Shown piece by piece: positions 44,997 through 57,047 of a DNA stretch of 64,000 nucleotides (its first letter is position 1; each line of letters opens with the position of its first letter). The stretch lies in the NCBI GenBank assembly GCA_937625935.1, contig OW569394.1, positions 263,524 to 327,523 of the forward strand, read 5' to 3'. The translations under genes and the position numbers were made by a program. Source of the stretch: Tetramitus jugosus (lineage: Eukaryota; Protista; Heterolobosea). The notes under the pieces were generated by a model. That model did no database searches. It worked only from the letters and a program-made list of their open reading frames with translations, and was not told the DNA's origin.

Positions 44997-47396
44997 TTAT
45001 GCTAGACCAATCTTCCACCAGACATGAACACAAATCAAGTAAATGTTTGCAATTGAGATTGTAACTAACAATGTAGGCATACCTGCCTTCAAAAATTGGA
45101 AGAAAGAAATGGGGGTATGTTCCTGTTCTGCAATACCGGCAGCAATCAAGTTGGCACTGGCACCAATTAAAGTACCGTTTCCACCGAGTGTAACACCAAG
45201 AGCAACTGACCAAACGAGAGGTGCGATAGGCATGTTGGCTCCATCAGCAAGTTGCAAAACAACAGGAATAAATGCACTGACACATGCAACATTATCAATC
45301 AATGCAGAAACGAATGCGCTAGCCCACATGATGATAGTGATAGCAACAGCCAATCGATATCTTTCGTTAATTTGCAAAATGATGTTACTTGTGCTACTGC
45401 CAACAAAGTCAATGAGACCAAGCTCTTCAACACCGCTCATCAACATGAACAAACTACCAAAGAACAATAGTGTAACCCATTCAACCTTTTCCACAATTTC
45501 TGCAAACTGACTTCCATTCAAGTTTGCCAACAAAAGCATGCTTGTTGCACCAATGACTGCAATCCAAGGCAAACTCAAATCGAGGAAAGATCTAAAGAAT
45601 GGTGCGCAAAAGAACATGAGAACAACCAGAACAAGCACCGCACTGCAAATGAAGAATAATCGCTTGTCATGAATAGGATATTGCTTTTCCAAGTCATCAA
45701 TATCTACAGTGTGAACAAAGGTTTCGTCTCGTTTCTTGATCATTTCCAATTCACTGTTCAATTCATCGACATGCTTCATCAACATTTGTCTCACTTGTTT
45801 CTCCTCTACTGTACAATCACCAATCTGTCTTAAGCTGTTCATCCAAATTTCAATTTCTTTCTCTTTGGCTAACAATTCATCATTCAAGATAGGTTTTTGT
45901 GTAAAGATATTCCTAAAAAGTACAAATCGAATGAGTAACATGGTGGCAATAATATTCATAATGGTAGAGGGAATGATATAAAGTGATAACTTGAAGAATG
46001 TGATTCCACGTTGACGAATATCTGGATTATTGACGATCAATACCAAGTCGCCAACAGCAGTACATCCACCTCCAATGTTACTCATCATAACAATTGAAAT
46101 CATGAGAGGAATTGGAGAAATATTAATCAATTTGCACAAACGAATCGAAATTGGTATCAAAAGCAATATAGTGGTGACATTATCGAGCACAGCACTCACA
46201 ATAGCCGTAAATATACAAAGAATAAGTGTCAATAACCAAATTTTGCCTCGAGATATCTTATACGCCTTAATGGCCATAAATTCAAAGAAACCAGTTTTGC
46301 TGTAAACGCCAACCATGATCATCATACCAAACAACAGCCCAACAGTTTCAAATTTGATCCAATGTGCCACTTCTTCGAAACTTGGTCTTCGTTTCAGTAT
46401 GGTCAATGTCGAAAGAGCAACCATGGCTCCCAACATGGCTGCAATAGTACGATGAACTAAATCAAAAATGATCAGGATGTAGACAGACACTAGAATCAGT
46501 GCAGCAAACAATACTTGATAATCAACGAGCTTGGAACTACGGAAAATGTCCATGGAAAATGGAACGGGAAACAATGAATCAGTTTCGATTGCAATTCTCA
46601 ATGGAACTTGACTCAATGGCCTCTTTTGCATTTTTGTCGTATCTCCCTCCACAGTTTGCCAATAATATTGACCTACGGTACGGAATTCGAACCATTTTGC
46701 ACCATTACCTTCCTTGTAATCCTCTGGACGAGTCAATGGAGGTGTCTCTTTGGTGATATCTGGCAATGCAAATTTAAAAGTTTGATTTTCAACTGGAAGC
46801 CATCTATTTTCGACATTGTACTCAAATTTGAAATGGATACTATGATTTCTATGTGGAATTGGTTTTGACACAATGGTATCAATCATCATGAGATCATCAT
46901 TACTAGTCATAAATACATGATCATCATCGTTCATTGTTTTCATGCTATTATTACTGTAATAGAGATAATAGGATGGAGAAAGAGCAAACCATGTACGAAT
47001 CACATCTTTCGATTCGCTACCGCGATTCAAATCGATGAACAAAGGTCTTCTTGAAACAATGGCATAACTCTCAACATACTTATCCTCCTGTTCCTTATGT
47101 ACCACGAACAAAATGACAAAAACAATATAGACACTAGTCAATAAAATAGTTGACAAATGTTTCGATAGCCATTTGAGAGTTTTGCTCAAGAATTGAAGAC
47201 GAGAGATCATCTTGCTTTTTTTTCTTGGATGATGATCATCATCAGAAGGATATTGTTCATTCAGACCAGCATCATCATCATCGACCCTTTGATTATTGAC
47301 ATCGTGGCGAGAATAGTCAATAAGGGGAGATGAAAGAAGTTGAAAGGATTCTTCTTCTTCATGATGAGAGCTCGGTGGTGGCTTTTCAATGTTCAT
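44997..47396 (-). CDS. P-protein/OCA2-like ArsB/NhaD-family anion transporter
   Basis: VHRTIAAM, ETVGLLFGMMI, SAVLDNVTT, SALIDN, LGGNGTLIGASAN. Confidence 0.88.
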   Translation of the reverse strand: MNIEKPPPSSHHEEEESFQLLSSPLIDYSRHDVNNQRVDDDDAGLNEQYPSDDDHHPRKKSKMISRLQFLSKTLKWLSKHLSTILLTSVYIVFVILFVVHKEQEDKYVESYAIVSRRPLFIDLNRGSESKDVIRTWFALSPSYYLYYSNNSMKTMNDDDHVFMTSNDDLMMIDTIVSKPIPHRNHSIHFKFEYNVENRWLPVENQTFKFALPDITKETPPLTRPEDYKEGNGAKWFEFRTVGQYYWQTVEGDTTKMQKRPLSQVPLRIAIETDSLFPVPFSMDIFRSSKLVDYQVLFAALILVSVYILIIFDLVHRTIAAMLGAMVALSTLTILKRRPSFEEVAHWIKFETVGLLFGMMIMVGVYSKTGFFEFMAIKAYKISRGKIWLLTLILCIFTAIVSAVLDNVTTILLLIPISIRLCKLINISPIPLMISIVMMSNIGGGCTAVGDLVLIVNNPDIRQRGITFFKLSLYIIPSTIMNIIATMLLIRFVLFRNIFTQKPILNDELLAKEKEIEIWMNSLRQIGDCTVEEKQVRQMLMKHVDELNSELEMIKKRDETFVHTVDIDDLEKQYPIHDKRLFFICSAVLVLVVLMFFCAPFFRSFLDLSLPWIAVIGATSMLLLANLNGSQFAEIVEKVEWVTLLFFGSLFMLMSGVEELGLIDFVGSSTSNIILQINERYRLAVAITIIMWASAFVSALIDNVACVSAFIPVVLQLADGANMPIAPLVWSVALGVTLGGNGTLIGASANLIAAGIAEQEHTPISFFQFLKAGMPTLLVTISIANIYLICVHVWWKIGLA

Positions 47397-47635
47397 GGCT
47401 GTGCTGATTCTTGTGCGCTTGTTTCGGTGGAAGCAGGAAAAAATAGAGCATTACACGTGTTTTTGGGTCGGAATCTCATCCGAAATGCCTGGCCGATGAC
47501 CCATCCGACTTATCCGAATAGTTGCGAAAAACCCAAAGGTTTGACTAAGAATAACACAAGGTGTTATTACCTTGCACCCATTCGTTTAATTCAGGTCACA
47601 CATTATTCAAAAACAATATCGGAACACACAAGAAA

Positions 47636-50600
47636 ATGACTAACACAAGCAATGGTAGTAATACTAGTAATACGGAATTGATTGAAATGGGTGCTACTCC
47701 TGTATTGACAGTACGCGCTCATCCACCAAATCAAATTGTAGATAGGGTTGACAGTTTTGAACTGTCAATGAATCAGAAAGAAGAGGTAGATGGAAATGAT
47801 GAACAAGAACAAGTATCAGAGGTTGAAAATGAAGAAGAAAATGGTGACGATGACCAAGAAATCAAATGGCACTTTCTCAACTATGACAAAGTCATGAAAA
47901 AGTTGGAATTGACTGAACAAGTGCCATCAGAATATCTCAAGACGGGACTCTCAAATGAGGAAGCTGAAAAGAGATTACAAAAGTATGGACCAAATGTATT
48001 GGCATCTGGTGGTAGTAGAATTCCACTATGGATTCGGTTGCTGTTCAGACACTCGGTAACACTAATGAATCTTGTTTTGGTGACTGCTGCTATTCTGTGT
48101 GGCGTTGTCAAAGATTGGGTTGATCTGGGCGTGATTCTCTTTGTTGTCGCCGCCAACATTGCCATTGGATTCTTTCAAGAGTATCGAAGCGAGAATACGA
48201 TGGCCAAATTGAAAAACTTAACAGCTCCACAGTGCAAAGTGTTACGTGAAGGTCAAGTACAACTAATTTTGTCCAGTAATGTAGTACCGGGTGATATTGT
48301 TGTATTGAAGGAGGGTGATTCTGTGCCTGCTGACTTACGGATTACTGAGTCAATCAACTTGGCGTGTAATGAAGCTCTATTAACAGGTGAAAGTGTACCT
48401 GTATCAAAAGTGAGTGATACACTGTCTCGTGGTGATACCAATGAGAATGGAGGTACTGAGATGAGAGCAGCTTCATTGGATATCCAAAGAACTCCAACTA
48501 CGGCAGAAGAGAGAGTCTCCAGTGATTCTTTTGAGAGTAGTCGTCCCTCTCTCGATATTCGGCCTTCACTTGAAATGAAACGACTAGTCAGGGTAGGCGG
48601 AATGAAGAAAAAGACTGTAGCATTGGGTGATCGAACCAATTGCGCATTCATGAGCACTACAGTAGCCAAAGGCAAAGGTTCTGGTATTGTAGTGGGCACA
48701 GGTATGAATACAGAGATTGGTGCTATTGCTAAATCGTTAAGCAATACCAAGGAGCGTAGCACTCCATTGCAACGTAGATTAAGCTATATGGCAATGGCTA
48801 TTGTTGTTCTGGCTATACTTGCAATTGTGATTGTTATTATTTGTGTATGGCAATATCAGGGAAAGGATCAAATTTTCCCTACTGCCCTCGTCAATGGTAT
48901 CTCAATTGCTGTAGCCATTATTCCCGAGTGTCTTGTTGCTGTTGTTACTTTAACAATGACTGCTGGTGTACGGAAAATGGTGAAACAAAATGCTATTGTT
49001 CGTAAAATTGCTAGTTTGGAAAATTTGGGCAATGTAACAGATATTTGCAGTGACAAGACTGGTACACTCACTGAAGGTAAGATGGTGGTCACTAATTTCT
49101 GGGTTGCCAATCGTGAGTATAGCGTGACATCTAATCCATCTGATCCAACTGATGGAAATATCATGATGGGTGAGGGTGAATCTAAGCAAGTCGTTGAACA
49201 ATTAACTGAACCAATGCGATTATTAACAACTGTGGCATCGTTGTGCAATTCATCAACTTTGTTTTTGAAAAACTCACTGGAGAATAGAGAGGAAAATCCA
49301 GATGGTGGCCCTGAAGTTGCTGTTGATGATCAAGAAACAAAAATCAATATGGAACCAGAGTGGGTTTCTACAGGTGATGCAACTGAAATTGCACTCAATG
49401 CCTTATCTCAGAAAGTGAACATGAAGAAACATGATTTGGAGGAGAGTACATATACACAAAAGTTGGCAGATTTTCCATTTGACTCCACAATCAAGCGCAT
49501 GACTGTCATCTATGCCAAGAATACACAAGAGAAGAATAATGTTCTTGTATTGACTAAGGGTGCCCCAGAACGTGTTTTGGAGCTTTGTACCAATTATATT
49601 GTTAATGATGAATTAGAAACAGCAGATCTAGATGAAACATGTATTGAAACGATCAAGAGACAGAATGAAGTGATGGCAGATCGTGGACTCAGAGTACTAT
49701 GTTTGGCGTGTCGTAGTATGCCTTTTGATGGATATGATGATCAGTGCAAGGACAGACAAAACATAGAAGTTGACTTAACGTTTTTAGGGCTGGTGGGAAT
49801 CATGGATCCTCCGAGGAGCGAAGTTCCCGATGCTGTTGAAAGGTGTCATAGAGCAGGTATTGTTGTAAGAATGCTTACGGGAGATCATCCATCCACAGCT
49901 AAAGCAATCTCTAGACAAATTGGATTGATTAGAGATTCAGATTTGACTAGAGAGGGAGTGGTGATGGTTGCAACTGACTTTGACAGTTTAACTGATGAAG
50001 AATTGGCAGATATGGAAGAGTTACCTCTAGTGATTGCAAGATGTAGTCCACAGAGTAAGGTTAAAATGGTGAAGGCACTACAAGATCGTAAGAGGCTATG
50101 TTCAATGTCTGGTGACGGTATCAATGATGCTAGTTCAATCACTGATGCAGACGTTGGTATTGCCATGGGTCGCAATGGAAGTGATGTGACAAAGGAAGCA
50201 GCTGATATTATCCTTGCTGATGACAACTTTGCGACTATTGTGACTGCTATTCACCAAGGACGAAGAATTTTTAACAATATTAGAAAATTTGTTGTCCATT
50301 TATTGTCAGGTAACGTTGCACAGTTATTTGCATTATTGATTCCAGTGGTTGCCGGTGATCAAATTCCATTGAATGCAACACAGATTTTGTGGGTCAACTT
50401 AATCACGAGTAGTCCACCGGCTATTGCTCTTGGTATGGAACGAGGTGGCAAAGGATTAATGAACAAAAAGAAGTTTCCTCTTGGTCAATCTCTTTTTAGC
50501 TTGGAATCCATTTGCGATATTATTTTCTATGGATCTCTCATGGCCTTGGTCATGCTACTCAACTATTATTGCATGACGAGATTGTGGTTGAACAGATCTA

Positions 50601-50968
50601 TCGAGTCGGCTCGTGCCGTTGTCTTTTCAACAATGACACTTTTGTTGCTTTTGCATGCATACAATTGCCGACACAGACGTAAACCTTTCTTTATGGATCA
50701 AGCTTGGAGAAGTTATGGACTGCACATATCACTTATCATTGGTATTATTTTACAGGTGAGTGTTCTGTATATTCCAAAGGTTAACACTGTACTGTTCCAT
50801 ATGAATCCATTGAAGGGTGATGAATGGGGATTTGTTTTGGTGGGTATTGTTGTTTTTATGACTGGGGCAGAGTTGTACAAATTGATGAAAAGAACATTGA
50901 CATTGTCTTTGAACGTAATGAAAAAATTATTGAGGAGGAATGGGGATCAAGATGCTGAAATGGCCTAA
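47636..50968 (+). CDS. P-type ATPase, P2D (ENA-type Na+/K+ efflux)
   Basis: LTGES, IIPE.L, CSDKTGTLTEGKM, KGAPE, MLTGDHP.TA, GDGIND. First ATG at 47636. Confidence 0.88.
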   Translation: MTNTSNGSNTSNTELIEMGATPVLTVRAHPPNQIVDRVDSFELSMNQKEEVDGNDEQEQVSEVENEEENGDDDQEIKWHFLNYDKVMKKLELTEQVPSEYLKTGLSNEEAEKRLQKYGPNVLASGGSRIPLWIRLLFRHSVTLMNLVLVTAAILCGVVKDWVDLGVILFVVAANIAIGFFQEYRSENTMAKLKNLTAPQCKVLREGQVQLILSSNVVPGDIVVLKEGDSVPADLRITESINLACNEALLTGESVPVSKVSDTLSRGDTNENGGTEMRAASLDIQRTPTTAEERVSSDSFESSRPSLDIRPSLEMKRLVRVGGMKKKTVALGDRTNCAFMSTTVAKGKGSGIVVGTGMNTEIGAIAKSLSNTKERSTPLQRRLSYMAMAIVVLAILAIVIVIICVWQYQGKDQIFPTALVNGISIAVAIIPECLVAVVTLTMTAGVRKMVKQNAIVRKIASLENLGNVTDICSDKTGTLTEGKMVVTNFWVANREYSVTSNPSDPTDGNIMMGEGESKQVVEQLTEPMRLLTTVASLCNSSTLFLKNSLENREENPDGGPEVAVDDQETKINMEPEWVSTGDATEIALNALSQKVNMKKHDLEESTYTQKLADFPFDSTIKRMTVIYAKNTQEKNNVLVLTKGAPERVLELCTNYIVNDELETADLDETCIETIKRQNEVMADRGLRVLCLACRSMPFDGYDDQCKDRQNIEVDLTFLGLVGIMDPPRSEVPDAVERCHRAGIVVRMLTGDHPSTAKAISRQIGLIRDSDLTREGVVMVATDFDSLTDEELADMEELPLVIARCSPQSKVKMVKALQDRKRLCSMSGDGINDASSITDADVGIAMGRNGSDVTKEAADIILADDNFATIVTAIHQGRRIFNNIRKFVVHLLSGNVAQLFALLIPVVAGDQIPLNATQILWVNLITSSPPAIALGMERGGKGLMNKKKFPLGQSLFSLESICDIIFYGSLMALVMLLNYYCMTRLWLNRSIESARAVVFSTMTLLLLLHAYNCRHRRKPFFMDQAWRSYGLHISLIIGIILQVSVLYIPKVNTVLFHMNPLKGDEWGFVLVGIVVFMTGAELYKLMKRTLTLSLNVMKKLLRRNGDQDAEMA

Positions 50969-51089
50969 GGACTTGAGATCCAATTTTATGCATTGACAAT
51001 TTATACCAATCACAAACCCGGCATGAAGGCTGCTCGTTGGTGAAAGTAAAATGTGTTATTGTCACAACACTCAAAGAGTTTGACCACAG

Positions 51090-52485
51090 TCAGATATTCC
51101 AATTGACATGGTAATACACGACATCAAAATCCGTGGTAACTGCTCCAGTCTTGAACTCTGGGTGTGATTCTGTCAAGTTCTGTATAGTTATGCGAAGTAT
51201 GGCAATCTCGTGTTTATTTAACTTCTTGCATTTGATGCAGTACCAGTCACCCTTGGGCACTCTCCTTAAGGGCGGAGTTGCACATGACAGATGATACACG
51301 GAGGTACAACCTTCACACAACAAAAAGATCTTACGATCAGAAATTGTACAACCACTACAAACTTCTTGGTGTGTGTCCTCATCAGTAGATTCAGCGGTTT
51401 CAATTGTTGATTTTGATGATTCTTGGATTCCAGGGACTTTATCCTGACTGGAATCATACTCAGCTTCCTCCTCTGGCGGTTGTTCAGGAAACGGTTGATC
51501 CGCTAATTTTGCTCTTTTTGCATCTTTACAAACATCTATCAATGTCTGAGGTCGCTTAAGCTCCACTCATTTCGTTCTTACCCTGTGTTGCTTGTTCTTC
51601 AAAAACTTTTTTCCACTTGGCACACCATCCAGTGAATCCTTCTGAGGAGCACTGAGTAGCGCTTTTAACGTTTCTTCTTTTTGAACATGGTTCGAATTTG
51701 ACTGTAGTCCACAAAGTTTCCTTAAGCAATCGGAGTTTAGATCGTATTCATCCTCATCGAAATCCAAGAGTCCCGTAGTATCTCCCTTCCCAAAGAATGT
51801 AATGAGCGTTTCTTAATTTTCAGCACATACAGTTTCCTCTCAATTTTCTTTCTGAATTGTCTCCAACACAAAAAATTGATTACTGAGGGATAAGAGCGTC
51901 TGATTGCATCAACAATACCATTGATTGTACAACATAGCTCTCTCATGACATGGAAAAAATGAGAATGACACTTGCTCATTTCCGATGTATGTAAATGCAC
52001 ATACAACAAGAAGGTTCTGTTCAAATATAGTGCGTAGTTTATAAGACGCTCAGAAAATAACTCTCTCCAACATTGAAGATAGTAAATTAGACCTTCATGG
52101 TCAGTTGATTCAACTCATCACAATGGATAATGAGTCAACTGTCAATGATACGTCTTTGATGAATCTGTTTCCATCTATGTTCATGCAACTGAACAATTGC
52201 TCAACAGAACAACAGTACTGTTATGAATGTCTCCCAATTGTACAGGGAAACCATTTTGTTGTCCCATGAGACATATAACACAGCGGCAACCTCATTAATT
52301 TCATAGCTAGAATCTCTACCAAAATCTTGGAATATCGCGGACATGAGTGAATGGTGTTGTGTTGCTTTTCTCAAATGAAAAATGAAATGAACACTTATTT
52401 TTATCAACTCGGGAAAACACAAACACAACTGAATCAAGATTGAGAAATTGCAAAGCATGGAGTCTATGGAGCAACAAGTAATCAA
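51090..52485 (-). pseudogene. Decayed gene ending in a PHD finger
   Basis: PHD: CSGC...LLCEGC...YHLSC..PPL..VPKGDWYC..C. ORFs 51567..51767 and 51090..51566 share a frame, separated by one TGA, with another in-frame TAA near 51815. Confidence 0.6.
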
Positions 52486-53441
52486 TGTTCCTCCTGAAAA
52501 TCCTCAGTCAATTCCCTCTGGTCACATGAAGGTGAGTGTCATCACACTAGATGCTGAGAATGTGGTCTGTGATACCTACTAGGAAGGAGCAGATTTTGTA
52601 ACAACAAAACAACCGACGACCAAGGTCAACTTCACCACAGCAACGATAATCACGAGAGGAAGGTTACCAACAACCAAACAACTATGTTGGACCATTTTCT
52701 TCGCCTTTACAACGACGATCTCATCACGATGACACTCGAATGTATGAACTATAGGAGGGATGCAAGATCTCAAACGTTTCAATGATTACTTTGACCATAA
52801 TTACTTGTTCCAATTTCTGGCCTGCTTTTTCAGGATTTCAACAATCAACTTCCACACTTGACCAATACTGGAGTGATTGTGATGAAACCAAGTGTGGAAC
52901 GAAGAAGTGGTTTGATAAGAGAATGAAACAATACAAATTCATGGTGATGTGGAATTGTTTGGACTTGGATGGGGACGCTGATAAATGGCTTGATGGCGTT
53001 TTGAAATCTATTCAGTGTGACTATACTCCTCATAATTGGCTCTGTGTCGATGAATCTATTGCTCCTATTCCCTATTGCTCCTATGCAGCAAAAACCACTC
53101 TTTTTGGAAGTATTTTCTTGCGATAGTTACCACCTTCATTTGTTTGACTCCGTTGACTTCATAACAGATCTGGACATCCATTGTTTTCCCCCTATATTAA
53201 CCCAAGACCCAAATCCGTCGCTTCTGTGCGATATGTCTGAATTGTTCTTTACTTCAAACAGAACAACAGTACTGTTATGAATGTCTCCCAATTGTACAGG
53301 GAAATCATTTTGTTGTCCCATGAGACATATAACACAGCGGCAACCTCATTAATTTCATAGCTAGAATTTCTACCAAGGTCTTGGAATATCACGGACATGA
53401 GTGAATGGTGTTGTGTTGCTTTTCACAAATGAGAAATGAAA
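52203..53441. repeat. ~185-bp direct repeats (52203-52387 and 53257-53441), offset 1054 bp
   Basis: AACAGAACAACAGTACTGTTATGAATGTCTCCCAATTG... recurs with only a few substitutions. Confidence 0.9.
52700..53126 (+). mobile_element. piggyBac-like (DDE_Tnp_1_7) transposase fragment, degenerate
   Basis: LDQYWS...M..YKF....CL...YTPHNWLCVDESI.P resembles piggyBac 'YWS...M...RF...Y.P...L.VDE'. Truncated after the first catalytic Asp. Confidence 0.5.
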
Positions 53442-53699
53442 AAAATCGACCGTTGTCTTACGTTTCTTTCAGCATGGGCTTCTAAGCTCCACCTAAATCT
53501 CTAGTGGCGTTTTTTCAACTTAAAAGCTCCACCCGTTTATTTTGGTTTCCCCTCTGATCAACTTTTTCAGATCCAAATTCTAATCCTTCAATTGATCGAC
53601 TCATTTTGTTGTTGTCCTGTGTAAGGAACAAAAAACCACCACCAACCTCTCTATGTCAAAAATTACTCATATTCAATCTAGAGTCCTCCCAAACTTTGG

Positions 53700-55541
53700 G
53701 GTGCACGCAAAGAAAATGTCCAAATATTTGGATGAATTTTCGAAAAAAATCTGTAAATCAGCATTTTTTCACTTTTTCACTTTCATGCCCCATGGTGTTA
53801 CAAGAGTTGTTGAAAGAGTTGCTATCCGGAATGCTGGTAAAGAGAGAACCACTCATCTGGAATACGTTAAACGGCACCATAGTTAATTTGAAAAGCTTGG
53901 TCACTCATATTCTGAAGCTCCATAATAAATCTGGACATACTATCCCAACAAATATTCTATTCAAGTTGTGTGTTGATGGAAGAACATTAGGGAACGGGCA
54001 AACTGCAATGGCTATAGTTCCAATTAACCTTCGCAAAGTATTTGCTACTCCAACAGTGTCTTCATTTTTACTATTTATCTGTTGGACAATGACTGTATAT
54101 GTCCATTCTGTTGCTGCACATTGGCTGAGAGATTAAACATCAGAGATAGAGCATACTTCAAATCCAAACGATCACTGATCTATTTGGTGTAACCAGACAT
54201 ATGATATGTTGCCTGCACGCCAAGCAGAGGATCACTGAGTACTATATCAAGCATAAGGAAAAGGGAGACGACAAGCTGATGGAGAGAGTAGAACAAACAG
54301 CTCAAAGTATCAATGGTCTGGGCAATTTCAAGATGTCAAGGGTTCGAATCGTCGGTGATGTACGTCTTATTTTTTGTCTATCACAAGTTTCCCTCTTTTA
54401 TTTCACAAAAACACGCAATCACACCCATCATCGCTGATCCTATCAATCAAACAGTTCATCAATCATGCCAATTACTACCACTGCAACGGTCAATTCAACT
54501 TCTGCAGTCACCACTGCTCCAGCAATGACATCTTCTGCTGCAACCACTGCAACAGTCGATTCAACATCTGCAGCCACTGTTCCAGCAATGGCGTCCACTG
54601 CTACCACTGCAACTTCCAGCACTGAAAACATTGCTATCAATACACCAAACACTGCAAAAGCACTGCTCCAGCATCAACACCCTCTGCTACCCAAGAAAAG
54701 GAATCCTCCCTTCTAGTTGATTCAGATTCCGAATATGATTTGGAGACTATCAATTATGAACTAGCTGCTAAGATCAGAGACGTCAGAGACGAACTCCAAT
54801 TTATCTAGCACTCTGTCTCGAACAATGACGCAACTCAGGTTTGCCATGAAAGCCGTTGAAGAAAAGAATGAAGAGATCAAGTCTTGGAAAAAAAAGATCA
54901 GGAGCTTGGCGTTGGGTCATTGGATGAGAGTCAAGCTCTTAAGCTTAACTGGCTTGCTGAAAGCCTCATCCTTCAGAGAGGATCAAAGATGTTTCTAACT
55001 GAGAAGACAGAGCTTCGTCATGTGCTAACCATGGAAGATGCACATTTTGAGAAGTTCTACCAGGATGCGTCCTCTTTCTCTTACATGAGGTATGCCATGA
55101 GAAAGAAGGAATCTGGTGAAAAGGGACAAGGACTTCAAATTGGTTAAAGGTCGCGATCCTCAAGGAACCGAGATCAAGGCATTCATGAAGGATGTAAGAT
55201 CAGGTGAGCTACTCCTAAAACTCAATCAAGCCTTCAATGAAGAACTTGATATCCAAAGACTGAAAGAACTCTTGGTGAATCCCCTCTCCATTGAGCCGGA
55301 TAAATTCAAGGAATATGAGTTTTGGATCACCTGCAAGTACAAGAGTTCAAGTAAGAACATCAAGCAAGAATTGATTCAAAAGACTGCAGTCCAAATTAGG
55401 ATTTGGCAGATATTGGAAAACTTGGTTGAAACAAGTGTAACACCAAGTGTTGGATCAAGCGTTGCACCAAGTGTTCCAAGTGCAACCAAAAAGAGAGTGT
55501 CCAAGCAACCAAGCAAGAGTTCAAAGAGATCCAAAAAATAA
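53700..55541 (+). pseudogene. Fragmented ORFs including a transposase-like FKLCVDGR segment and a Thr/Ala-rich region
   Basis: Successive short same-strand ORFs in shifting frames; apparent intron GTACGT (54360) to CAG (54453). Confidence 0.35.
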
Positions 55542-56452
55542 AAGAGTAAACGGGGAGGGATAATCAAACAAAATAAACTGAGATTACAACAAGAAAAGTA
55601 ACGGTTTTTTCGATCTGCCGCGTAGAAATAACGGTTAAACCAATGTTCATCATTAACATCAAACAAAAACAAATCAATAACATTAGTATGAACTTTTGAT
55701 CAATTATTTACTCAATTAGAGAACTCCCCTGCTCACCCGTTCGTTAAAAATGGATTAATACCATGGACACAGAAGAAGATGATTCCATCGATGGCTCAAC
55801 CATTGACGATGTGGATCGAGAATTATCCATGTATTTTGGAAACAAGAACCCTTGGAAACAATCCAAAATCACCGACAACCTGAATATTGAACCAATTGTA
55901 AGAAACACACTGTTCGGCAAAATGACCAACGCACGGATTGCGGAAAAAATGTCATATGTCGTCATCAAATGGAAAATGCATACAGAAGATGAAGAGTGCT
56001 AATGACATGAATACAGTACTATTGGTTGAACATTGACATGAAGTTTGTCATGGTGCCATGTATGTAGACAGGTGCTGGCTACATGATATTGTAAAGTATC
56101 GTAGATTACTCCGCTGTCTACATAGCATTACAACAAAAATGCAAACATCACAATCATCACACAACGAGCATGTCGTCATCACACATACATACAAGAGGAA
56201 TGTTAAATTAGAAGATGACCGTGTTGACTCAGAATGTAGGGAAACTGAAGATATTGGTTTTGTCATGAGGGCTGTGCCAACACTACAAGACGTACATCAG
56301 ATAATAGTGCAGACATGATACGTGAAGAACTTCAACGAGTTGCATACTCTCCATGGGGACAGGGTAGAGTTGAACGTATGAATATTCAAGTAAAGAAGAA
56401 AGCTCAGTAACCTAACTGACTAAACATTCATGTTTCACTATTCATATGCACA

Positions 56453-56893
56453 TTAGTAACCTCTTGCGATGGACACTTGACCATTTGTCTCCATCATGTA
56501 TCCATTGCATTCTGTCATTTCTACATCCCGCCCTTTTCCTTGTGCATTAACGGAACAATAAAAATTCAACTTCAACAGTTCCAAGTAATACTCTGGTATA
56601 ACGTAGTTCAGATCCACGAGATGCTGAGCCAATAATCTCTGATAGTTTGTCTTGTTCGTTCTGATACACAATCTCAGAGTCAACTTGATCATTGTCACTC
56701 GCAGATTCCAGTTCTTGAAACGAATTGCCTCGAACATTCTTCTGAAACAGAGCCCAGCTTCTGTGATGAATTGGAACCATGGTTTCAAATGATTATTCTT
56801 GGCTAGACCATTTCCCCAATGTCTGAACTGTTTGTTCCAGATTCTTTTCCAGATGTGTTCTATGATGAACTTCTGTACCATGAGATTCCACAT
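56453..56893 (-). mobile_element. Transposase-like relic (DUF6589-like helical segment)
   Basis: AIRFKNWNLR...K......NKTNY.RL..QHL.DL resembles a segment of a widespread eukaryotic transposon-associated family. Recognised from memory, not searched. Confidence 0.35.
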
Positions 56894-56924
56894 CGTTAGA
56901 CGCAGGTGCTATATAGTAGAACAG

Positions 56925-57047
56925 TGCTTTGCGAGCTTCAGCGAGCAATGCATAACAGGATTAAGTTGTTTAGATGCTTTGCGAGCTTCAGCGAGCAATG
57001 CAGAACAGGATTAGACTTCCATTTGCTAGATGCTTTGCGAGCTTCAG
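56925..57047. repeat. Tandem repeat, ~50-56 bp unit, about 2.3 copies
   Basis: TGCTTTGCGAGCTTCAG at 56925, 56975 and 57031; GCGAGCAATGCA.AACAGGATTA in the first two copies. Confidence 0.85.

Noticed and set aside
47881-50226. Antisense ORFs overlapping the ATPase (and similar ones over other large genes)
   Set aside because: Shadow ORFs from codon bias on the opposite strand; no independent motifs.
51567-51569. Stop-codon readthrough or alternative genetic code
   Set aside because: Intact genes terminate at TAA, TAG and TGA normally; in-frame stops occur only in regions that also have frameshifts.
56925-57047. Repeat-spacer-like pattern (CRISPR-like)
   Set aside because: Only about 2.3 units, the 'spacers' are similar to each other, the context is eukaryotic and there are no cas genes. 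An ordinary tandem repeat.
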